64,000 nt of DNA from the IMG/VR virus record IMGVR_UViG_3300042549_003167. One strand, 5' to 3'. This document shows, piece after piece, positions 57,662 to 64,000 of this stretch. The first letter of the stretch is position 1, and every line of letters starts with the position of its first letter. A model generated the notes under the pieces. That model worked only from the letters and a program-made list of their open reading frames with translations, had not been told where the DNA came from and did no database searches. Position numbers and translations under genes: made by a program. Source of the DNA: a virus (taxonomy: Duplodnaviria; Heunggongvirae; Uroviricota; Caudoviricetes).

Positions 57662-59200
57662 ATGGGACTATTTAGCCTAAACTGGTTCAAGAACCAGAAA
57701 GAAAAACAGATTCAAGATTTAAAAATTGAAATCAAAATTGCAGAATTAGAAAAAACATTAGAGAGAACAATTGCTCATCCTAAACCATCAGATTATTCTC
57801 ATGCGACAGCTGGTGGATATACCTCTAGTTGTTTAACTGCATCAATCTCTAAGCCATATATGAATATAAAGATGGTAAATGATACATTGACTATTATATT
57901 AAATGATGGTTCTATCATTACTAAATCTCCTGCAACTGCAGGGGATTTTGATAAAGCAAGAGAATGTAAGACAGAATCTTGTTTATTAAGTCTTGTAAGC
58001 TCTCCAGAAATAAAAGAAGAAAAGAGAAAAGCTGAAGCTGAGTATGAGAAAGCTAAAGCTATTCAAAGAGGTGCTGAATTCTTAGCTACCCTTGAGGAAT
58101 TTGAGATGAAGAACAATGCTTTGTATTTAAAAGGTATCAGTAGAAGTCTACCTCCATTACTAGTAGAAGAGTTCTTAGAAGTGGTTGGTAAACATGGTGG
58201 TACAAAAAATGATGAATTCAATGCTTTGCATAGATTCTTTATGTGGTGCTGCTTGAATCCAAGAGCTGAGGTTGCAGATAAGTTATTTACCTTCTTGAAG
58301 AAGAATAGCTTTAGCATCACTAAGCAGGGCTTCTTTGTAGCTTTGAGGAATGTAGTTACATTGCATGGTTCTACAGAATTAGTACAATTCATAAGCAATG
58401 CTTATAATAAAGTGAAGGCTGTTTGGAAGAAGAAACCTGAAGATTACACTGTATTCTTACAAGATGATGGTACATACAAAATGGTTCATAAAGATTTACT
58501 TACAAAAGAAGAAACATGTACATATTGTGATGGATCTGGTTATATTCCAGGGTATGATGAAGATGGTTTTGAGTCAGATGATGATGATAATAGAGAATGT
58601 CCAGATTGTGATACTACAGGTAAAGTTAATGTAACTTGTGAAGATGAATATGGTCAACCTATTGGTAATCTGACAGAACTATATCTTGATCTTCCTAATA
58701 GAGCAGAGAATAGATTTACAGATGCTCATACAAGAACATTTGATATCAGAATTGGTAGACCAGTGAGTATGCCTATGGAAAAGTGCAGATGGAATACTGA
58801 TGACTGTGGTGCTGAAGGTCTACACTTTACTAGTGATGAGATTCATTATGTAGGATGTGGAGATACAAGCGTTCTTGTACTTATTAACCCAATGAAGGTG
58901 GTAGGTATTGGTGAGTCTAAGGGTAGATGCTATGAGTATTTACCAATTATGACTGTGCCACGTGAGGAAGCAACAGACATTTTACATGATCTTGACTTTG
59001 ATACACTAGAGCTAGATGAGAGTTATGCTGTACGTGAATTAGATAACTTGGCTGAGAAGGCTAAGGAAGGATTTACAGAAGAGCGTAAGAAGTATGATTT
59101 CAATCTCCCTGCCCTATCTGCTGTAGAAGTTTATACAATTGTAAAGAGTCTTGATGAAATAAAACAAGAAATATCTAAAAGAATTGTAGAAATTGATTAA
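57662..59200 (+). CDS. Protein (512 aa) with DnaJ-type CxxCxGxG zinc-finger motifs
   Basis: CTYCDGSGYIPG (CxxCxGxG) and CPDCDTTGK at aa ~286-320, with an acidic stretch between them. Immediately downstream of the GHKL ATPase. Confidence 0.45.
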   Translation: MGLFSLNWFKNQKEKQIQDLKIEIKIAELEKTLERTIAHPKPSDYSHATAGGYTSSCLTASISKPYMNIKMVNDTLTIILNDGSIITKSPATAGDFDKARECKTESCLLSLVSSPEIKEEKRKAEAEYEKAKAIQRGAEFLATLEEFEMKNNALYLKGISRSLPPLLVEEFLEVVGKHGGTKNDEFNALHRFFMWCCLNPRAEVADKLFTFLKKNSFSITKQGFFVALRNVVTLHGSTELVQFISNAYNKVKAVWKKKPEDYTVFLQDDGTYKMVHKDLLTKEETCTYCDGSGYIPGYDEDGFESDDDDNRECPDCDTTGKVNVTCEDEYGQPIGNLTELYLDLPNRAENRFTDAHTRTFDIRIGRPVSMPMEKCRWNTDDCGAEGLHFTSDEIHYVGCGDTSVLVLINPMKVVGIGESKGRCYEYLPIMTVPREEATDILHDLDFDTLELDESYAVRELDNLAEKAKEGFTEERKKYDFNLPALSAVEVYTIVKSLDEIKQEISKRIVEID

Positions 59201-59208
59201 ATTTGTAG

Positions 59209-59230
59209 TCCCAGGGATAAAACCCTGGGA
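59209..59230 (+). terminator. Perfect 8-bp palindromic hairpin TCCCAGGG-ATAAAA-CCCTGGGA followed by a U/A-rich tract
   Basis: Read directly from the sequence, between the 512-aa gene and the HNH gene. Related to the hairpin at 19157..19180. Confidence 0.45.
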
Positions 59231-59241
59231 TTATATATATT

Positions 59242-59661
59242 ATGATAAAAAAGAATGCAACAAAGAGAATCTCTAAAATACCTAGAAAGGTAGTCAGTAA
59301 AACAAGATGCCATGGGACCATGACAGAGTCAGCATTTTGGAGCTTTATACGCAGTGCACTTAGACAAAAGTCTAGATTTTGGAAGCCTATTACAGAATGC
59401 AAGCTTAAAGCACGCAGATTGTACAAGGGCACAAATAAGAGACAAAAGTTTGAGTATCAATGCAATGTGTGTAAAAACTGGTTCATAGAGAAGAAAATAA
59501 ATGTTGACCACATTAATGCTGCAGGTAGCTTAAGAAGCTCAGAAGACCTACCAGGATTTGTAGAGAGATTATTCTGTGAGGTAGACAACTTACAAGTCTT
59601 ATGTGAAAAATGCCATGACAAAAAAACAAAAGCAGATAAACATGAAAAGGACAATTACTAA
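59242..59661 (+). CDS. HNH endonuclease (139 aa)
   Basis: CNVCKN...VDHINAAG...LQVLCEKCHDKKT is the classic HNH C-x2-C...DH...N...C-x2-CH arrangement. Confidence 0.65.
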   Translation: MIKKNATKRISKIPRKVVSKTRCHGTMTESAFWSFIRSALRQKSRFWKPITECKLKARRLYKGTNKRQKFEYQCNVCKNWFIEKKINVDHINAAGSLRSSEDLPGFVERLFCEVDNLQVLCEKCHDKKTKADKHEKDNY

Positions 59662-59890
59662 GCTTAACAACAAGAAGCTTGCAGATCTAGTAGATCACAA
59701 TGTAAGAGAATGTATTCAAAAGAAAGAAAACTATGAAATTGAATACAGAGGTAAGTCAATGATACTTACACCAGAAGAACTCAAAACAAAATGTGTTGGC
59801 AGACAGTATATTGCTGAGCCAAAGTTTGGGGATAAGCCATATCATTTGCTATCCTATCTTTGGGAACCCACTAAAATATCAGAAAAATGA
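59603..59890 (+). CDS. Hypothetical protein (95 aa; likely start at 59642, MKRTITK)
   Basis: ORF track. The alternative internal start would reduce the overlap with the HNH gene. Confidence 0.3.
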   Translation: MKNAMTKKQKQINMKRTITKLNNKKLADLVDHNVRECIQKKENYEIEYRGKSMILTPEELKTKCVGRQYIAEPKFGDKPYHLLSYLWEPTKISEK

Positions 59891-60168
59891 GTAATGATGA
59901 AAAAGTAGTAGTTTCTATTAACAGACAGCCATCTTTTACAGAGATATGGCATGAAGGCTCTGTTACGTATAATGAAACAGAATACATGTTTTGGTTAATC
60001 AATCCAAGAGGACTTGATGAACAAGGACGTGAATATGAAATGGAGATAAGATGGTGGTTTAAGCAAGTTCCAATGGAGATTAGATCTATGAGTGAACAGA
60101 TTATTAAAGACTTTAAAGAAAACAGACATGATAGTCCAAACAGTACACGAGATTCTAAATCCATTTGA
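59887..60168 (+). CDS. Hypothetical protein (93 aa)
   Basis: ORF only. Confidence 0.3.
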   Translation: MSNDEKVVVSINRQPSFTEIWHEGSVTYNETEYMFWLINPRGLDEQGREYEMEIRWWFKQVPMEIRSMSEQIIKDFKENRHDSPNSTRDSKSI

Positions 60169-60406
60169 TGTAGAAGTTAAACAATTAGGATATGGTGTGG
60201 CATTGTTTATGATTGTAGGTAGTATTCATTCTAATCCTCAATTTATTGTAAGGTTTTATAACACAGGACAGCTTAGAACTGTTGATCAAAATGATCTTTC
60301 TGTGTATGGTAATCCCACTGCAGGAGAAGATTTAGTTCCAGATCCTGATGTAGTAACTAAATTACCAGCAAATGCAAGAAGAAACACAGATTTTTTAAAA
60401 AAGTAA
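60092..60406 (+). CDS. Hypothetical protein (104 aa); start uncertain
   Basis: The ORF overlaps its neighbour. Confidence 0.2.
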   Translation: MNRLLKTLKKTDMIVQTVHEILNPFDVEVKQLGYGVALFMIVGSIHSNPQFIVRFYNTGQLRTVDQNDLSVYGNPTAGEDLVPDPDVVTKLPANARRNTDFLKK

Positions 60407-60413
60407 AAAGAAT

Positions 60414-61457
60414 ATGATACAAGGAACAGTAAAAACAGAAGCTCAATACAGAGCAATTTATCTAGACAGTAGTTCTAGTTTAAAGGAATTCTCCACAGAC
60501 AGGAGAAAATACCATAAGAAATATATCCTTAACGAAGTAGTTGAGGATGAAGACAGTAAAGCTGCTACAATGGGCAGAATGGTGGAGACATTACTAATGG
60601 AACCACATTTATTTGATGAGAGATTTCATTTATCTACATGCATGACTACACCCACTGGTCTTATGTTAGAGTTTGTAGAAGCTTTATATAAGCACACTGC
60701 AGAAGCTACAGCTGACAATGGTACCATCACTAGAAGCTTTGAAGACTTGGCTAAGGATGCATATGCAGATTCAGGGTTTAAGATTAAACTAGAGGCTGTG
60801 TTGACTAAGTTTATAGGATCTGAAGCTGAGATATACTACAAAGAGATTAGAGAGGTGAGAAGCAAAGGATTGACAGTGGTAGCTACACAAGATATTACAA
60901 ATGCTGAGAAGATTGTAACAGAGTTAAAGACTAATCCAGTCACAGCAGACATTGTAAACTTAGTAGATGATGTACAGTATTCTGTACACAATCAGTTACA
61001 AGTGGAAGGCTATGAAGTGTTTGGACATATGTTCAAGAGCATGATGGATAAAGTGGTTGTAGATCACAAAGCAAAGAAAGTACAGGTTTATGACTTGAAA
61101 TGTACATGGTCTGTAGAGAACTTCTATAATGAATACTATTTATATAGAAGAGCATACATCCAAGGATTTTTATATCATAAAGCTGCAGAGTCTTGGGCTA
61201 GTGAAATGGGATATGGAGATTATAAAATACTCCATCCTAAGTTTATTGTCTGTGACAGCACAAACTATATGAATCCTTTGATTTATGCAATGTCTGATAT
61301 AAATATGGTGGATGCTCGTGCTGGATTTGAGCACAAAGGAAGAGAATATCCAGGTGTTGCACAACTCATTGAAGATCTTAAATGGGCTTTAGAGAATGAC
61401 AAATGGAACATATCACAAGAAAACTATTTATCTAATGGCATTGTAAAACTAGGGTAA
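60414..61457 (+). CDS. Putative PD-(D/E)XK nuclease, YqaJ/lambda-exonuclease-like (347 aa)
   Basis: Candidate D...E-x-K catalytic block around VVATQDIT ... KVQVYDLKCT. It fits a Sak4/SSB/exonuclease recombination module. Weak, motif-level only. Confidence 0.35.
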   Translation: MIQGTVKTEAQYRAIYLDSSSSLKEFSTDRRKYHKKYILNEVVEDEDSKAATMGRMVETLLMEPHLFDERFHLSTCMTTPTGLMLEFVEALYKHTAEATADNGTITRSFEDLAKDAYADSGFKIKLEAVLTKFIGSEAEIYYKEIREVRSKGLTVVATQDITNAEKIVTELKTNPVTADIVNLVDDVQYSVHNQLQVEGYEVFGHMFKSMMDKVVVDHKAKKVQVYDLKCTWSVENFYNEYYLYRRAYIQGFLYHKAAESWASEMGYGDYKILHPKFIVCDSTNYMNPLIYAMSDINMVDARAGFEHKGREYPGVAQLIEDLKWALENDKWNISQENYLSNGIVKLG

Positions 61458-61462
61458 CACAC

Positions 61463-62014
61463 ATGGAGAGAAAACACACAATCACTAGCATATTCATTGT
61501 CCCCACTCTTAGCATTGGCAAAGATAAGTTGATAGACAATGGATTTGTAAATGGATATATAAAAGATGGTAAAAGAGATATACAGTATGAAAATGCTGTG
61601 TATCTTTTATTTAAGCCAACAGATTTAGATAAGTTTAGAGATTTTCTAGATGGACAATATGAAAAAACTAAATCTATTATAGATGACTATGACTATGAAG
61701 ATGGTTACGTAGTGGTTGTTTATGAAATAAATCCTAGACTTAAGAATGATATAGAATTAGTAAAACAGGGTAAATATTCCCAAACTTCTAAGAAATTTCA
61801 GGAGATTTTCCCTAAAGTTGTTAAAATTAGAAAGAATGGATTGAGTAGAGATGAGATATCTCTTCAATTTAGAGTCTTTAACAAAACAGAAGATCTTGTG
61901 CAATTTTGGGAAGATAAGCTAGGTGTTGAGCTTCCAGAGGACGTGGAAGTTTGGCATGGTTTCTTTGATGAATTTGAAACATTAGACCTTGATAAAATTA
62001 AAGAATATGTATAA
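61463..62014 (+). CDS. Hypothetical protein (183 aa)
   Basis: ORF only. Confidence 0.35.
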   Translation: MERKHTITSIFIVPTLSIGKDKLIDNGFVNGYIKDGKRDIQYENAVYLLFKPTDLDKFRDFLDGQYEKTKSIIDDYDYEDGYVVVVYEINPRLKNDIELVKQGKYSQTSKKFQEIFPKVVKIRKNGLSRDEISLQFRVFNKTEDLVQFWEDKLGVELPEDVEVWHGFFDEFETLDLDKIKEYV

Positions 62015-62213
62015 CAGTGAAATACTAGACCATCTAATCAGTAAATATGGTATAGATGATGTAATTAAATTCTGTGACATGGAGAGCGAAAAGAATTCTC
62101 TCCTAGCAGGATCAGTAGACAAAGACAAGCAGCACCATCCAGAACCTAACGAATGGAAGTTTGAGAGAGACTGGTGGGCTCAATCAGGTAAACAATTAAA
62201 AAGCAGAATATGA
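61989..62213 (+). CDS. Hypothetical protein (74 aa)
   Basis: ORF only. Confidence 0.25.
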   Translation: MIKLKNMYNSEILDHLISKYGIDDVIKFCDMESEKNSLLAGSVDKDKQHHPEPNEWKFERDWWAQSGKQLKSRI

Positions 62214-62563
62214 CAGGACTAGAATTATTAGAAGCCTATCCTAAGGCAGCTAAAGTTATCAACGAATTCTATCGTAGTAAAATGATGAATTCAATGGAAA
62301 CTGATGATGTACCAGATGAGTTCAAAGAAATGTTGAAAGAACAAGAGTTTGATAATCAATACATTGCAACGTTTATAGATTCAAGTCCTAGATTTTTGTT
62401 TGATGTATTTGATGATCATGAAATATATATTAATATTAGTGCACCTAAGTTTTCTTTTTCTATTGGTACTGGAGGTGTAATTTCTGGAACTTTGAAAACT
62501 AGAAAAGAAGCTGAGAAAGCAGCTATAGAACATGCATTTCAACTTTTAAATGATAAGTTATGA
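62210..62563 (+). CDS. Hypothetical protein (117 aa)
   Basis: ORF with a 4-nt overlap chain to its neighbours. Confidence 0.3.
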   Translation: MTGLELLEAYPKAAKVINEFYRSKMMNSMETDDVPDEFKEMLKEQEFDNQYIATFIDSSPRFLFDVFDDHEIYINISAPKFSFSIGTGGVISGTLKTRKEAEKAAIEHAFQLLNDKL

Positions 62564-62811
62564 GTGACCAAATAGTATTGGAGGTGATAGAGAAGTATGC
62601 TCAGCGTAGTGAGATAGGGATAGCCAAGTATGGCACCACTCTACAGACTAACAATAAGGATAATTATCTTAAGCACCTACAGGAAGAACTGATGGATGCC
62701 ACACTTTATTTACAGAAGTTAATGACTTTGAATAAGGAAATAACTAAATTAGTTAAAGATCATTCCAATGATGCAGAACTTGGTTACAAAATAAGAGATT
62801 TAGTTAAGTAG
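62560..62811 (+). CDS. Hypothetical protein (83 aa)
   Basis: ORF only. Confidence 0.3.
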   Translation: MSDQIVLEVIEKYAQRSEIGIAKYGTTLQTNNKDNYLKHLQEELMDATLYLQKLMTLNKEITKLVKDHSNDAELGYKIRDLVK

Positions 62812-62835
62812 AATTTTCAAAATGTCTTGGTTTGT

Positions 62836-62873
62836 ATGAAGGGCTGTTGTATATTCGCAGCCCTTCATTTTTT
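62836..62873 (+). terminator. Strong rho-independent terminator
   Basis: Perfect 11-bp stem ATGAAGGGCTG / CAGCCCTTCAT with an 11-nt loop, followed by TTTTT. Confidence 0.6.
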
Positions 62874-62894
62874 AACTAATAAAACACAAATTAA

Positions 62895-64000
62895 CATGGA
62901 TTTAGGATTAGAAGCCTTGAGCAAAATTACCATTTTTAGTAAGTACGCAAAGTACATCCCTGAACTAAAAAGAAGAGAGACATGGGACGAGATAGTAGAC
63001 AGATATGAGAACATGATGGTTAAGAAGTATCCTAATCTAGAGACACAAATCAAAGACAGTGCTACATTCATCAGAAAGAAGAAAGTCTTACCTTCTATGA
63101 GAGCTCTTCAGTTTGCAGGACCTGCAGCTGAGGTGAACAACTCACGCATTTACAACTGTTGTTTCCTACCAATTGATAGTGTTCATAGCTTCAGTGAGAC
63201 TATGTTCCTATTATTAGGAGGTACAGGAGTGGGTTATTCTGTACAGAAGCACCACGTAGACCAACTACCTACAATTATTAAGCATGAGCGTTACAAGAAC
63301 AGAAACTGGCTTATTGAAGACAGTATTATGGGCTGGGCTGATGCTGTGAAGGTCTTGATGAAGTTCTATTTTGAGGGTGGTCTTAAGCCTAAGTTTGACT
63401 TTAGAGCTATTAGACACAAAGGAGCACGATTAGTGACAGCTGGTGGTAAAGCACCTGGTCCTGAGCCATTAAAGATTTGTCTAGCACATATTGATGCTAT
63501 TATGGAGCGTAAAGAACATGGATCAAAGCTTACACCATTAGAGTCTCACGATATCTTATGTTACATTGCTAACTCTGTATTAGCTGGTGGTATTAGAAGA
63601 TCAGCAATGATTGCTCTATTTAGTCATGATGATGAAGAGATGATTACATGTAAGTATGGTAACTGGTGGGAACTAAACGAACAACGTGGTAGAGCTAATA
63701 ACTCTGCAGTTCTTAAGAGAGGTGAGACATCACAGGAAGAGTTTGTAAGCTTATGGAAGCGTATTGAAGCATCAGGAAGTGGTGAACCAGGTATCTATTG
63801 GTCTAATGACCTAGATTGGGGAACTAATCCTTGTTGTGAGATTGGATTACGTCCATATCAGTTCTGTAACCTGTGTGAAGTGAATGTATCTGACATCACA
63901 TGTCAGGAAGATCTTAATGATAGAGTGACAGCAGCTGCATTCTTTGGTACATTACAGGCAGGATTTACAGACTTTCACTACCTACGTGATGTATGGAAGA
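62895..64000 (+). CDS. Ribonucleotide reductase catalytic subunit, partial (continues beyond window end)
   Basis: Manually translated from ATG 62895. RNR core blocks: NCCFLPIDSVHSF...LLLGGTGVGYSV...FRAIRHKGARLVTAGGKAPGPEPLK. Active-site-like GTNPCCEIGL (cf. NPCGEI / N-x-C-x-E). The class (I vs II) cannot be decided from this fragment. Confidence 0.6.

Noticed and set aside
1-64000. Integrase, excisionase, transposase, toxin-antitoxin or CRISPR-Cas components
   Set aside because: No tyrosine or serine recombinase motifs (R..H..R..Y or S-R resolvase), IS terminal repeats or Cas-like proteins were recognised. The element looks like a lytic-type phage genome segment rather than an integrated or mobile island.

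Overview
The whole window is part of a tailed dsDNA phage genome (Caudoviricetes). It is AT-rich, roughly one-third GC by eye. No rRNA, tRNA, CRISPR array, integrase or transposase was seen.

Genes form two divergent blocks that meet at a 413-bp C-tract-rich control region (39063..39475).

- **Left block (1..39062, all minus strand): packaging, head and tail module.** From its promoter-proximal end it runs through small DNA-binding proteins (LuxR/sigma-r4-like HTH, HU-like, Zn-ribbon), the large terminase, the portal, an SPFH/band-7 protein, an acidic scaffold protein and the putative major capsid protein. A tail/adsorption region follows: a tail-collar fibre, a collagen-like fibre with a C-terminal S74 intramolecular-chaperone domain, a six-Asp-box (BNR) propeller protein and a calcineurin-like metallophosphatase. 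Next comes a 1881-aa protein with poly-Thr linkers, then three very large proteins at the left edge (479, 1003 and 924 aa, plus a >603-aa one truncated by the window).
- **Right block (39476..64000, plus strand): early and replication module.** It holds a strongly acidic DNA-mimic-like protein, several small ORFs, a compact family-B DNA polymerase followed by a free-standing NUMOD4-HNH homing endonuclease, a DnaB-like helicase, an SF2 helicase and a Sak4-like P-loop ATPase. An SSB-like protein, a DnaG/TOPRIM primase with a degenerate zinc-binding domain, a DUF932 protein and a family-1 UDG homologue lacking the catalytic Asp (GQDPYH becomes GMCPYH) come next. A GHKL (Hsp90/MORC-like) ATPase sits next to a DnaJ-type CxxCxGxG zinc-finger protein, and is followed by a second HNH nuclease, a PD-(D/E)XK exonuclease and a ribonucleotide reductase that runs off the right edge.

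Start codons are almost never preceded by a Shine-Dalgarno sequence, which points to a Bacteroidota host. Rho-independent-terminator-like hairpins punctuate the plus block. All protein calls rest on motifs read by eye in the supplied translations; no database search was possible.
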